Source: Candidatus Aenigmatarchaeota archaeon
GTDB taxonomy: Archaea > Aenigmatarchaeota > Aenigmatarchaeia > QMZP01 > QMZT01
Length of the DNA: 64,000 nucleotides
Direction: 5' to 3'
NCBI GenBank assembly: GCA_043808015.1
Contig: JAZDFI010000008.1
Coordinates: 13,271-77,270, forward strand
The stretch's first letter is position 1. Each line of letters starts with the position of its first letter. Positions 9,546 through 19,447 of this stretch are shown in pieces. The notes under the pieces are model-generated. The model saw only the letters and a program-made list of their open reading frames with translations, searched no databases and was not told the origin of the DNA. Position numbers and translations under genes: made by a program.

Positions 9546-11240
9546 CTTGGTTATTTCGCTAATGAAGTCATCAATCTTAACGTTAAATTTCACCTTACCA
9601 TCTCTCGTTCTAACTGCCAAAGTGTTATTTTTTTCCTCTTTATCGCCAATTGTAATTACAAAAGGTATTTTATTTACAGCCGCATCCCTTACTTTGTATT
9701 CCACTGTGTTCGATTTCAGGTCGCATTCCGCCCTTATCCCCGCATTTTCAAGGCTTTTCAAGATTTCACCGGCCGCCTTATTGTTCCTGTCCGTGAAGGA
9801 CAGGACGCGCACCTGGACAGGCGAGAGCCAGACCGGAAGGTTGCCGTCAAAGTGCTCGAGAAGTATGCCTATGAACCTTTCCAAAGAGCCGTATATGACC
9901 CTGTGCAACATTACCGGCCGATGGTCCTCGTTGTCTTCCCCTTTGTACGTCAGGTCGAACCTTTCCGGCATGGCGAAGTCGAGTTGTATGGTTGCGCACT
10001 GCCAGGTCCTGCCCTGGCTGTCCTTGATGTGATAATCAATTTTCGGGCCGTAAAACGCACCATCGCCCTTGTTTATCTTGAAGTTCATTTTTTTGTGTTT
10101 GAGTGTCTCCTCGAGCTTCGCCTCCGCCTTGTCCCATATTTTGTCGTCGCCTATCCTTTTCTCGGGCCTGGTGGAAAGCTCGACGTGGTATTCGAACCCG
10201 AACTTTTTGTAAAATTTATCGACCAGTTCCATTATCCTTCCTATCTCGCTCTCCAGTTGTTCTTCGGTGCAGAAGATGTGCGCGTCGTCCTGAGTGAAGC
10301 GAATTACCCTGAAAAGCCCTGTGAGCACGCCGGACAGCTCCTGGCGGTGGACTACGCCAAGCTCGCCGACGCGAAGGGGGAGATCTTTGTAGGACTTGGG
10401 CCTGTTCTTGTAAACCATCATCCCTCCGGGGCAGTTCATGGGCTTGACGGCAAAGCTCCGGCCCTCGTACTCGGTTATGAAGTTGTTCTGGTATTTCTCC
10501 CAATGGCCTGAAATCTGCCACAACTTCTTGTCCATGATTTGCGGAGTCGAAATCTCCTGGTATCCAGCCTTCCTGTGCTGCTCCCTCCAGAAGCTGATTA
10601 GTTCGTTATATATGGTGAGACCCTTATCATGCCAGAACACCATACCTGGAGCGACTTCGCTGAAGCTGAAGAGGTCCATCTTCTGGCCGAGTATGCGGTG
10701 ATCGTTGTCCTTGAGGTTATCCTTGTCGAGCCGCGTCTTCGAGATGTCTCTCATAAGCTGCTTGTAGTCAAAACTCTCTTCCTTCGTTACCTTGGTTTTT
10801 GTTTTGGTCCTCTCGACCCCCTCGGGCAGTATGTCCCTGCTGAGCTCCGAAAGAGGATGCCCCTTGCACTTTATGTCGAAGGCCTTGTACCAGCCGAAGG
10901 GAGCGCGCTTAACCGGGACTTTCGCTTCGATTAGCGCTTCTTCCACGCCCTTGAGCACGTAGAGAGCGGAATCCGGCGACGATAGATCGCTGGACAGGTG
11001 GGCATACGGATAAACGACTACGTTTTTGGCGTTTACCTGGTTTCTGACGGATATGATTTCCTTGGCGGCTTTCTTGACCACGTCATCGAGGTTTGCCTGG
11101 TCCAGCTTCTCGACCGCGCTGAACACGACGAGGGCGTCTTCGACTCGTACGGGTTTCTTCTCGATTTCCTCCGCGCTTGAAATGGCTTTCTTCTTCGGCT
11201 CCCACTCTATGAAATCCGAATGCAGCAATAATATCTTCAT
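9513..11240 (-). CDS. thrS: Threonyl-tRNA synthetase, archaeal type
   Basis: Class II motifs (FRVIRFTQDDAHIF, ...GPKIDYH...); archaeal N-terminal editing-type domain. Confidence 0.9.
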   Translation of the reverse strand: MKILLLHSDFIEWEPKKKAISSAEEIEKKPVRVEDALVVFSAVEKLDQANLDDVVKKAAKEIISVRNQVNAKNVVVYPYAHLSSDLSSPDSALYVLKGVEEALIEAKVPVKRAPFGWYKAFDIKCKGHPLSELSRDILPEGVERTKTKTKVTKEESFDYKQLMRDISKTRLDKDNLKDNDHRILGQKMDLFSFSEVAPGMVFWHDKGLTIYNELISFWREQHRKAGYQEISTPQIMDKKLWQISGHWEKYQNNFITEYEGRSFAVKPMNCPGGMMVYKNRPKSYKDLPLRVGELGVVHRQELSGVLTGLFRVIRFTQDDAHIFCTEEQLESEIGRIMELVDKFYKKFGFEYHVELSTRPEKRIGDDKIWDKAEAKLEETLKHKKMNFKINKGDGAFYGPKIDYHIKDSQGRTWQCATIQLDFAMPERFDLTYKGEDNEDHRPVMLHRVIYGSLERFIGILLEHFDGNLPVWLSPVQVRVLSFTDRNNKAAGEILKSLENAGIRAECDLKSNTVEYKVRDAAVNKIPFVITIGDKEEKNNTLAVRTRDGKVKFNVKIDDFISEITKLIKKRESVIS

Positions 11241-11414
11241 CCGCCATCACCTTTATCTTTATTTTTTACCATCACGGTTAATTAAACTCCCGGCTGGCCG
11301 GAGACAAATAAAAATCAGCCCGGCCGCAGACCTTTGGCTAGCACGTGGTCGTCGTAGTCGTCGTTTCGCTAGCGGTCTTGCCGGAATTCATAGAAGTTAA
11401 TTGTACAGGAAAGT

Positions 11415-12263
11415 TTAAAAGTTTTTCAGGAACGAGTAAACGCATTCCGGCAGCTTCTCGCTGTATCCGCCTTCCAGCACTGCGAATCTCGATATTTTCA
11501 GATCGGCTATCATCTTGGCGATTTTTGCATAAGTGGCGACGTTGAGCTTCAGCCCGCCAATCGGGTCGCCATCGAGCGTGTCGAAGCCCGCCGATATAGC
11601 CAGCGCATCCGGCTTGAAGTTTTCTATTATCTCCATCGCAGCTCCGAGCCTGTCGAGATAAAGCGTTTCTTCCGTCCCTGCGTCGAGCGGGAAGTTGTAA
11701 CAGTTCGCTTCAGAATGCTTGCCGGTGCCCGGATAGAAAAACGCTCCATATTGATGCAGCGATACGACTATCACGTTCTTTTTGCCAAGAAAGATTTCCT
11801 GCGTGCCGTTGCAGTGATGTACGTCGATGTCGAGAACCGCGACCTTCTTTTTCTGTTGCAGAAGCCTCGAGACCGCGAGCGCGATGTTGTTGAAATAGCA
11901 GAATCCCTCGAAATTCGTCTTGCCCGCGTGATGGCCGGGCGGGCGCATTAACGAGAATGCTTTTCCTTCCTTCAGCGATATATCGGCGGCCAGCATAGCC
12001 GCTCCTGCAGCGAGTTTCGCGTGGTCGTAAATGCCCGGGAGCGCTGGCGTTTCCGGATTGAAGAAACGGTCGTGCTTTATTTCGTTGACCATCGCCTTAG
12101 AATGGACGAGCAGCAGGTCCTGCCGCTCGCACGGCTCCGGCTGGACGAACTCGAAGCCCTTGAAATTCTGCAGGAACTCGTAACTCCTTCTCACCCGCGC
12201 GCTCGACTCGGGGTGGCCCGGCGCATCGTATCCGAGACACTTGGGCGAGAATATTATCTTCAT
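11415..12263 (-). CDS. Histone deacetylase / acetoin utilization (AcuC) family deacetylase
   Basis: MKIIFSPKCLGYD...; DIDVHHCNGTQ and SAGFDTLDGDPIGGL motifs of the arginase/deacetylase fold; start taken at ATG 12263. Confidence 0.8.
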   Translation of the reverse strand: MKIIFSPKCLGYDAPGHPESSARVRRSYEFLQNFKGFEFVQPEPCERQDLLLVHSKAMVNEIKHDRFFNPETPALPGIYDHAKLAAGAAMLAADISLKEGKAFSLMRPPGHHAGKTNFEGFCYFNNIALAVSRLLQQKKKVAVLDIDVHHCNGTQEIFLGKKNVIVVSLHQYGAFFYPGTGKHSEANCYNFPLDAGTEETLYLDRLGAAMEIIENFKPDALAISAGFDTLDGDPIGGLKLNVATYAKIAKMIADLKISRFAVLEGGYSEKLPECVYSFLKNF

Positions 12264-12323
12264 ATATAATACATGGGGAGGCGTATCAAATAATTTAACC
12301 CCTGCCCCCAATCTATAGGTATT

Positions 12324-13637
12324 ATGATGGATTTGAGAGGGGTGCACGAGTATTATGCAAGGGAGGATGTGCAGAACTTCCTGCTCGAGTTCGGTAGAGA
12401 CAGGGAAGTCGTTGGCGTGTTCAGGAACGGCAGTTTCTCTCAGAGGCCTAACGTCGTTCTCTACCCGAATGACGTTCTCGCTATGGTCAAGACGGGCGTC
12501 GTCGAATTCCACTCGTCTCTCGAACGTTGGTCACAGCCCATGAGCCTGAAGCAGGACAACCATGGCCAGCTGCGCAAGGGATGGGACCTCATAATGGACG
12601 TGGACTGCGAGCTTTTCGAGCACGGCAAAATCGCCTCGGAGGCGTTCATCTGGGGCCTGCGCAAGCACGATATAAAAAACGTGTCCATAAAGTTCACTGG
12701 CGGCACTGGGTTCCACATAGGCATACCATGGGAGTCGATACCAAACGTCATAGACTATAAACCAGCGGCTTCCCTTTATCCCGAGCTCGCCCGAAAGATG
12801 GTGCTGTACCTGAAAGATTATGTTTTTGAAAGGCTGGAAAAGAACCTGTTCAAAAAATTCTCGGCCGAGGAAATGGCACAGCAGGTGAACAAGCCTCTCG
12901 GCAAGATACTCACGGAAGACGGCCTGAACGCGTACGCGGTGGTCGACGTCGACCCGGTCCTCATATCGCCGCGGCATCTATTTAGAATGCCTTACTCGCT
13001 AAACGCGAAGACGTTTCTCGTTTCGCTGCCCATCGATCCAGACAGGCTTGACAGCTTCGACCGCATGCAGGCCAAGGCAGAGCGCGTGCGAGTGCTGACG
13101 CCCTTCCTCTCCGGCGAAGGCAGGGACGGCGAAGCCGATACGCTCATAGCCGAGGCGCTGGACTGGAACGCGCGGATGCGCAAGAAGGAGGAGAAGCGGC
13201 TCGAACACAGAAACGAGATAACACGACCCGTCCCCATCGAGCGTTTCCCGCCGTGCGTCAAGAACATACTGAACGGGCTGCAGGATGGACGAAAGCGCTC
13301 GATGTTCATCCTCATCAACTTCCTGCGCTCCTCAAAGTGGACGTGGGACGACATAGAGAAGTTCGTCACCGAATGGAACAAGAGCAACAAGCCGCCGCTT
13401 CCGGAGAGCCACGTCCGCTCGCATATAAGATGGCACAGGACGAGGAACAAGGAAGTCCTGCCTCCGAATTGTTCGAACGAGGGATGGTACAAGAACTTCG
13501 GCGTGTGCGCGCCTGACGAGAAATGCGCCAAGGTAAAGAATCCGGTCAACTACGCGCTCCGCGGCATGAAGGCCGAGGAAGAGAAGAAAGACAAAACAAA
13601 AACCAAAACTAAGAAGCGCGCCCGCCGTCAGATGTAA
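12324..13637 (+). CDS. priS: DNA primase catalytic subunit (PriS-like) with a C-terminal four-Cys helical domain resembling the PriL C-terminal Fe-S domain; possibly a fused PriS-PriL(CTD) primase
   Basis: WDLIMDVDCE (DxD catalytic motif); FTGGTGFHIGIPW; C-terminus FPPCVKN...PPNCSNEGW...GVCAPDEKCAK carries four Cys. Confidence 0.7.
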   Translation: MMDLRGVHEYYAREDVQNFLLEFGRDREVVGVFRNGSFSQRPNVVLYPNDVLAMVKTGVVEFHSSLERWSQPMSLKQDNHGQLRKGWDLIMDVDCELFEHGKIASEAFIWGLRKHDIKNVSIKFTGGTGFHIGIPWESIPNVIDYKPAASLYPELARKMVLYLKDYVFERLEKNLFKKFSAEEMAQQVNKPLGKILTEDGLNAYAVVDVDPVLISPRHLFRMPYSLNAKTFLVSLPIDPDRLDSFDRMQAKAERVRVLTPFLSGEGRDGEADTLIAEALDWNARMRKKEEKRLEHRNEITRPVPIERFPPCVKNILNGLQDGRKRSMFILINFLRSSKWTWDDIEKFVTEWNKSNKPPLPESHVRSHIRWHRTRNKEVLPPNCSNEGWYKNFGVCAPDEKCAKVKNPVNYALRGMKAEEEKKDKTKTKTKKRARRQM

Positions 13638-13792
13638 AAACTTGTCCAGCAGAATTTCCAGTCGACGCAGTTGCTGAAGCCGCCATTCTCATTTGTACAA
13701 CAGTCTCTGCATAGCGGTTTCTGCGTTTTCTTGCACACCACGACTTTCAATGTTTTAGTGCATTTTTCGCACGCGTGCTTTTCGCTTTCCAT
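13628..13792 (-). CDS. Candidate small Cys-rich protein (54 aa, 8 Cys), unsupported beyond ORF structure
   Basis: MESEKHACEKCTKTLKVVVCKKTQKPLCRDCCTNENGGFSNCVDWKFCWTSFYI; same strand and spacing as the DRG and RpoP-like genes; below the ORF-track size cutoff. Confidence 0.25.
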   Translation of the reverse strand: MESEKHACEKCTKTLKVVVCKKTQKPLCRDCCTNENGGFSNCVDWKFCWTSFYI

Positions 13793-13876
13793 CAGAACAC
13801 TGGTGATTTTTAATTTAGAAATGTAGTTAGTTGGATTACTAATAAGCTTGATTGCGTGTGTTCCAGAAAAAACTGC

Positions 13877-13996
13877 TTAACCCCTCTTCAGCTTCTCAAG
13901 CCTGACAGAACCGCATTTGGGGCAGACTTTCGTCGCCGGCTCCATTATGACGGGCTTGACGTCTTTCCCGCACTGCAGACATCTGTATTTTGCCAT
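13877..13996 (-). CDS. Small zinc-ribbon protein, RNA polymerase subunit P (Rpo12/RPABC4)-like, 39 aa
   Basis: MAKYRCLQCGKDVKPVIMEPATKVCPKCGSVRLEKLKRG; CxxC-x15-CxxC ribbon with the R(I/L)L.K.R tail typical of RpoP; not in the ORF track (<60 aa). Confidence 0.5.
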   Translation of the reverse strand: MAKYRCLQCGKDVKPVIMEPATKVCPKCGSVRLEKLKRG

Positions 13997-14035
13997 GATT
14001 GTTATTCATGCTGGCAGAATTTAAATTCGCTGGCA

Positions 14036-15112
14036 TTAGTCCATGTGCAGCTCGACGATGTCGCCGTCCCTGAGAAGATGTTTTATGCCGACCTTCTGGC
14101 CATCAAATCTTGCCGTCGGTCCCCATATGCGCGCGTGGTCAAGATTCCTGGCGAACTCCCTGTGTATGCGTTCCGCTGCATCGTATACTGTCACGCCTTT
14201 CTTCATTATGAGCGGTTTTTCCATGTCCGGCGGCTTGCCGATTCGCTTCAGGTATATCCTGACCAGCTCGAGACGATTCCATATCGCCCTCTTCATCTCT
14301 TCCACACCCTCGCCCTTCAGTGATGAGATTTTCATATAATCCTTTGGAATAGTTTTCCTCCGCTCGTCCGTAAGGAGGTCGGACTTGGAAAAAACAATCA
14401 TCACCTTGACGTAAGCCCTGTTGCCTGACGTCGCGTCAATCAGTCGGTCGAGCGTTATGTCCTCGCGAATTATGACGTCGGCGTTGTGTATGCCGCGCTC
14501 GTTCATGATCAACTTGACCATTTTTTCGTCAACGTGCCGCAGGCGTACGCCTGCACTCACTTTGACTCCACCCCTGTCAGTCTTTTTTATCGTCACGTTC
14601 GGCGGTTTTTCGTTCAGCCTGAATCCCGCTTCGTAAAGTTCGCGCTGTATAACTTGCAGCTGCTGCGCGCTTTCTATCATTATCAGAATCAAATCGGCAT
14701 TCCTTACAACCGAGAATATCTCCTTGCCGCGCCCGCGGCCGGCTGAAGCGCCAGTCACGATGCCTGGGATGTCCAGGACCTGTATTTTCGCGGAGTTGTA
14801 TTCCAGTACGCCCGGCACGACGTCTAGAGTCGTGAAGTCGTATTCTCCGACCTTCGAATCCGCGGATGTTATCTTGTTAAGCAGCGTCGATTTGCCGACG
14901 GAAGGAAAGCCAACCAGCAGAACCGTCGCGTCTCCGCATTTCTTGACAGAAAAAACCTTACCGCCCACACCAGACTTGCCGCCGCTTTCTATTTCCTCCT
15001 TCAGTCGCGCTAGTTTACACTTCAGCTGGCCGACGTGGTATTGCGTGGCCTTGTTGTATTTGGTTTTGTGTATCTCCTCTTCTATCTTCTTCATTTCCTC
15101 TTCGCGACCCAT
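14036..15112 (-). CDS. Developmentally regulated GTP-binding protein (DRG/Rbg1 family) with C-terminal TGS domain
   Basis: G1 GFPSVGKST, G3 DIPG, TGS-like C-terminus; KNKATQYHVGQLKCKLARL N-terminal helix typical of DRG. Confidence 0.85.
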   Translation of the reverse strand: MGREEEMKKIEEEIHKTKYNKATQYHVGQLKCKLARLKEEIESGGKSGVGGKVFSVKKCGDATVLLVGFPSVGKSTLLNKITSADSKVGEYDFTTLDVVPGVLEYNSAKIQVLDIPGIVTGASAGRGRGKEIFSVVRNADLILIMIESAQQLQVIQRELYEAGFRLNEKPPNVTIKKTDRGGVKVSAGVRLRHVDEKMVKLIMNERGIHNADVIIREDITLDRLIDATSGNRAYVKVMIVFSKSDLLTDERRKTIPKDYMKISSLKGEGVEEMKRAIWNRLELVRIYLKRIGKPPDMEKPLIMKKGVTVYDAAERIHREFARNLDHARIWGPTARFDGQKVGIKHLLRDGDIVELHMD

Positions 15113-15127
15113 ATGCCCTCTTTTATT

Positions 15128-16792
15128 ATGGAGTTTTCAGAATTATATTATATGGCTTTGCCTCTTTTATTCGATATTGGCATGATTATAGTCATTTCTG
15201 CGGTCCTAGCATACGTTGCCAAGTTTCTCAGACAACCGATACTGGTCGCATACGTGATTGCCGGCATTATCGTAGGACCCATGGGCATGGGCATAATAAC
15301 TAACAGCGAAGAGATAGCGTTACTGTCGGAGCTGGGCATAGTTTTCCTGCTGTTTTCCGTAGGGCTGGAGATAGATTTCCGCAAGCTCAGGCATGTGGGA
15401 TTCTCGTCGCTGGTCGGCGGCGCGATACAGATAGCGCTCATGTTCGGCCTCGGTTTCGTCGTCGCTGGCATGTTCGGTCTGGGCTCGATGCTCGCCGTTT
15501 ACATCGGCCTTTTGCTGGCGTTTTCGAGCACCATGATAGTCGCCAAGATACTCGCGGACAAGGATGAACTCAACACCATGCACGGCAGGATAATGCTGGG
15601 CATACTGCTCCTGCAGGACGTCATCGCCATAATCGTTCTTCCGCTGATGGCGAACATGGCGGCGGTAACGTCGCTTGATTTTACGTTGTCCATCGCCATG
15701 CGCGGCCTGGGGCTTTTCGCCCTTGCCATAGTTCTGAACAAATTTTTCTTCCCGCTCATACTCGACTACGCCGCGGAGAGGCATGAAGTCCTGTTCGTCA
15801 CGGCGGTCGCGAACTGCTTCTTCTTCATAGGCGCCTCGTATTTCCTCGGCTTTTCGATAGCGATAGGCGGCTTCATAGCCGGCATATCGATGGCCAACTT
15901 CCCGTACAACGTCGAAATCGCTGGAGAAGTCCACGCGCTGAGAGACTTCTTCTCGATACTGTTCTTCTCGACGCTCGGCATGCAGGTCAATTTCCTGGTC
16001 TTGCAGCAGTCGCTTCCGCTTTTCGTGACGCTCATGCTTTTGCTCGTGCTGCTCAAGCCGGTACTGCTATCGTTCATCTATCTCCTGCTCGGATACGGCG
16101 GCAGGACGTCCGGATACATCGGTCTTGGCCTCGGCCAATCCAGCGAGTTCATGTTCATACTGGCCGCCGAGATGCTCGTCATAGGCTCCATAACGCGCGA
16201 ATTTTATTCGCTGATCATAAGCGTCGTCGTGCTTTCGATAGTAATCACTCCATATGCCATGAACGCCAGGAGCGGTTTCTATAATATGTTCTCCCGTTTC
16301 AGGCTGCCGAAGCGTCTGCTGCATCCGAAAAGCATCCACGTCATAGAGAACCAGCCGAAAGACCAGATGAAAGCGCATGTCATAGTTTTCGGGGCGCACA
16401 GGATGGGAGGTAAAATAATAAAATACCTGGCCAGCGTGAAAGAGAAGTTCGTGGTCATAGAGCGCGACCCCGAGATAGTCAAGGAGCTCGGCAGGCAGAA
16501 CGTTTACATAAAATATGGCGACGCGGAAAACGAGGAGATACTCGAAAAGGTCGGACTCGCCAAAGCCAGGATGGTGATACTCACCATACCTTATGCCGAC
16601 ACATCGTCGTTCGTGATAAGAAGGGCCAGGAGGCTCAATCCCGGCATCAGGATCATAGCCCGCGCCCAGTGTGAACAGGACGCCGAAAGCCTTTATCTCG
16701 CCGGCGCGGACGCGGTCATAATACCCGAGATCGTTTCAGCGGAGAAAATAATAAAGAAAATAGACCATTTTCGTAAAGAGAAAAAACTATGA
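15128..16792 (+). CDS. Kef-type (CPA2) cation:proton antiporter with C-terminal TrkA-N (RCK) domain
   Basis: About 12 TM helices followed by VIVFGAHRMGG Rossmann-like NAD-binding motif; start chosen at MEFSELYY to avoid overlap with DRG. Confidence 0.85.
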   Translation: MEFSELYYMALPLLFDIGMIIVISAVLAYVAKFLRQPILVAYVIAGIIVGPMGMGIITNSEEIALLSELGIVFLLFSVGLEIDFRKLRHVGFSSLVGGAIQIALMFGLGFVVAGMFGLGSMLAVYIGLLLAFSSTMIVAKILADKDELNTMHGRIMLGILLLQDVIAIIVLPLMANMAAVTSLDFTLSIAMRGLGLFALAIVLNKFFFPLILDYAAERHEVLFVTAVANCFFFIGASYFLGFSIAIGGFIAGISMANFPYNVEIAGEVHALRDFFSILFFSTLGMQVNFLVLQQSLPLFVTLMLLLVLLKPVLLSFIYLLLGYGGRTSGYIGLGLGQSSEFMFILAAEMLVIGSITREFYSLIISVVVLSIVITPYAMNARSGFYNMFSRFRLPKRLLHPKSIHVIENQPKDQMKAHVIVFGAHRMGGKIIKYLASVKEKFVVIERDPEIVKELGRQNVYIKYGDAENEEILEKVGLAKARMVILTIPYADTSSFVIRRARRLNPGIRIIARAQCEQDAESLYLAGADAVIIPEIVSAEKIIKKIDHFRKEKKL

Positions 16793-17601
16793 GACACGCA
16801 ATTTCTGCAGAACCCGTCCCGAAAGACCAGCATCTAATGACGAATCAGGGCACAGTTGATAAAATAGTGGCCGCCGCCAAATTGAAGCACGGCGACTACG
16901 TGCTCGAGATAGGTGCCGGTTCTGGTTTGCTGACGTTAAGGCTCGCTAGTAAGGGAGCCAGGGTGCTGGCGATAGAGATGGACAAACGCTTCGCAACAAC
17001 GCTTGGAAAAATCGAGGCGGCTAACGTCGAAATAATATACGCCAATGCCATAGACCTCATCGACAAAATAAAGTTCAACAAGGTAGTGTCCAACATACCG
17101 TATGCCATATGCGAGCCGCTTGTCAGCAGACTGATGAAAAAGGAGTTCGAAATCGCGGTTCTCAGCGTACCGGAGAGCTTCTACAAAATACTCACATCGA
17201 AGCCCGGGGAAAAAACGCATTCCATCCTTTCGCTGAAGGCGCAGAGTTTTTTCAGCACAGAGTTACTGTTCATCATAGACAAAAACGACTTCTCGCCGCC
17301 ACCTAAGACGGAGTCAGTAGCCATCGCCATAAGGCCGCTCTCGAAGAGCGATTACGAAAAAAATCCGGGCGCGTTCGTCTTCAGGGAGCTTTTCATGCAG
17401 AAGACCAAGAAGCTCGGCAACGCCCTGGCTGAAGCGCTCATAAACGCAGGCCGCATGCCACATGGCGAACAGCTCACCAAAAGGACAGCCAAGGCGAAAA
17501 TAAAGGAAATGGAATTAGGCAAGCTGTTGCAAAAGAAAGTCGAAGAGATGCGGCTTGATGATTTAATGGCCGTGAAAAAGAAGCTCACAATTTCTTCATG
17601 A
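16789..17601 (+). CDS. ksgA: 16S rRNA (adenine-N6,N6)-dimethyltransferase KsgA/Dim1
   Basis: VLEIGAGSGLLT SAM motif; NIPY catalytic motif. Confidence 0.85.
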   Translation: MRHAISAEPVPKDQHLMTNQGTVDKIVAAAKLKHGDYVLEIGAGSGLLTLRLASKGARVLAIEMDKRFATTLGKIEAANVEIIYANAIDLIDKIKFNKVVSNIPYAICEPLVSRLMKKEFEIAVLSVPESFYKILTSKPGEKTHSILSLKAQSFFSTELLFIIDKNDFSPPPKTESVAIAIRPLSKSDYEKNPGAFVFRELFMQKTKKLGNALAEALINAGRMPHGEQLTKRTAKAKIKEMELGKLLQKKVEEMRLDDLMAVKKKLTISS

Positions 17602-18295
17602 AGGCTTCGTCACCGGACTGGACGCTTACACCTTTATCGGTTATCTTGTACGGGTGAAGCTTTTTCGAATGGTCGGAGCCGCTCATCTTCCATACCTGTA
17701 TAGCGCGGTTGAATGAGAATTCGTCCCTCTCGTAGTAAAGCACTACCACACTGTCGGTGACGAATTCTTCGACGCCGTAGCGCGAAATCTTGCCCGCGCT
17801 GCCAGGAACGATTTCAGAGACCAGAAGCGCCGTGCATCCCAGCTTGCGCAGGATGACGGAAAGGTTGAAAATCATGCGCCTCAGCTCGGCTTTGTCGCGT
17901 ACGTGGATGCCTAGAGCCGAAACAGAGTCGATTACGACGCGCTGGGCCTTGGTGTCGCGTATGGAGTTCTCGAGTATCTCGAAAACCTCTTCTATGTGAT
18001 AAGGGTCGTATTTTATGAAAGAGAACTTGCCGGCCTTTTCGTAAGGCTCGAAGTTGATGCCGAACTGGCTGACATTGTTCTTTATGCTCTGGGGCATTTC
18101 CTCGAACGACAGGTAAATGCCATTTTCCTTGAACTTGGTCAGGCCGTTGTATATGTATTGCGTGCATATGGTAGTCTTGCCAGTGCCGCAAGTGCCCGAA
18201 AGCAGGACGAGCTGCCCTTTCGGTATGCCGCCATTCATTATTTCGTCAAGGCCTTCTATACCCGTTTTTACGCGCTCCAACATAAGACCAACCAT
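17585..18295 (-). CDS. KaiC-like / RecA-superfamily single-domain ATPase
   Basis: GIEGLDEIMNGGIPKGQLVLLSGTCGTGKTT Walker A in a KaiC/RadB-like context; Walker B VVIDSVS. Confidence 0.7.
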   Translation of the reverse strand: MVGLMLERVKTGIEGLDEIMNGGIPKGQLVLLSGTCGTGKTTICTQYIYNGLTKFKENGIYLSFEEMPQSIKNNVSQFGINFEPYEKAGKFSFIKYDPYHIEEVFEILENSIRDTKAQRVVIDSVSALGIHVRDKAELRRMIFNLSVILRKLGCTALLVSEIVPGSAGKISRYGVEEFVTDSVVVLYYERDEFSFNRAIQVWKMSGSDHSKKLHPYKITDKGVSVQSGDEAFMKKL

Positions 18296-18375
18296 GAAAA
18301 ATTTACAGTGTTATTCTTTTTCCGAGGCAGTATATATTGTTATTTGTCGCCCGATTCTTAAAAACGATTTTGGCG

Positions 18376-19401
18376 CTATCCCGATAGCCACCTGTTCAGA
18401 CTGTCGCAGCTTTTGCCGCGGTTTGAGCAGATGCGCTCTATGGTCTTGCCAATGCGCTCTTCCGAAAAGTCGAAATCGAGCATGAAGTCCCTGAGCGTCG
18501 CCATGTCAGGTTTCGTCCTCTTTATCTCCACGTCGCTCACCGGCGGCTTCATGAAGAAGTCGAATATCTCCTGCGCGCTCGTCTCGTTATCCCAGGTGAC
18601 GCGGGAAATCACGCCATCGAGGCTTTTATGATCCTTCACCATCTTCAGCGCGGTTTTCGGACCGATGCCTTTGACGCCGCCCGGATTGTAGTCCGTGCCT
18701 ATGAGAATCCCTGTTATTATCATCTGCTCGCGGCTCAGGCCGAGTTTCGCCAGCACGTCCTTTAGCTCGATAATCTCAGGCCTGACTTCGACGTAATCCT
18801 CCTTGCGCGCAACTTTGCGCCTGCCGCTGACTGTAAGGTTCTTTATCATCCTGTTCGCCCCGAAAAGCACAGAGTCCCAGTCCTGCGAGCCGCTCGCCCA
18901 GACGACGCCCGCGTTCGCCATATAAGCAGCCTGTGCCTCTCCTTCGCTCGGCGCCTGGACGACAGGTATGCCCATTAGCTCTAGCAGTTTTTTCGCATCG
19001 CTTATCATGTCGCCTGTAAGCCGCGAAGTAGCCTGCGCATATCGCCTCACGGCCTCGATATCGCCGTCGTCCCTCGCCTTCTCGAGTTTCGCCTCAGCAT
19101 TCTTCTTTATCGCGCTTCTTATCTCTGCAGTCCTGTGCTTGAACGCGGGCGGTTTGCCGTCGAATACGAATATCGGGTCTATGCCGTTCTCTATCAGGTT
19201 GGTCGTGCGGTAGAACAGCCCCGAGAGATGCGACGTGACGCGACCCTTCGAATCTTTCAGCGACTCGCCCGTGAAGCGGTCGCGTATTATGGAAAGGAAC
19301 TGGTACATCGTGTTGAACGCATCTATCGCTATCATCCGTCCCTTCAGGTCCGCTAGTTCTATCTGCCTGCCTGTGACCAGTTCTGAAAGATTCACGCCCA
19401 T
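18376..19401 (-). CDS. fen: Flap endonuclease 1
   Basis: MGVNLSELV...AIDAFNTMYQFL N-domain; acidic metal-binding residues; H3TH region; C-terminal PIP-like tail. Confidence 0.9.
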   Translation of the reverse strand: MGVNLSELVTGRQIELADLKGRMIAIDAFNTMYQFLSIIRDRFTGESLKDSKGRVTSHLSGLFYRTTNLIENGIDPIFVFDGKPPAFKHRTAEIRSAIKKNAEAKLEKARDDGDIEAVRRYAQATSRLTGDMISDAKKLLELMGIPVVQAPSEGEAQAAYMANAGVVWASGSQDWDSVLFGANRMIKNLTVSGRRKVARKEDYVEVRPEIIELKDVLAKLGLSREQMIITGILIGTDYNPGGVKGIGPKTALKMVKDHKSLDGVISRVTWDNETSAQEIFDFFMKPPVSDVEIKRTKPDMATLRDFMLDFDFSEERIGKTIERICSNRGKSCDSLNRWLSG

Positions 19402-19447
19402 GCTAAAAATTGCCTTGGTGTTTAATAAACAATAAGCGCATACGATG

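Noticed and set aside
11241-11414. Imperfect inverted repeat CCGGCTGGCCGG...GCCCGGCCG between thrS and the HDAC gene, considered as a structured regulatory RNA
   Set aside because: Single short GC hairpin in a convergent/divergent intergenic region with no further conservation evidence; most simply a transcript-end structure
15035-15127. Upstream extension of the Kef ORF (MVLRGLVVFGF...) overlapping the DRG gene start by 78 nt
   Set aside because: It would overlap the well-supported DRG N-terminus on the opposite strand; the ATG at 15128 gives a typical antiporter N-terminus
15320-15934. 204-aa minus-strand ORF antisense to the Kef antiporter
   Set aside because: Antisense shadow ORF with skewed Arg/Glu/Tyr composition; the sense strand encodes a coherent 12-TM transporter
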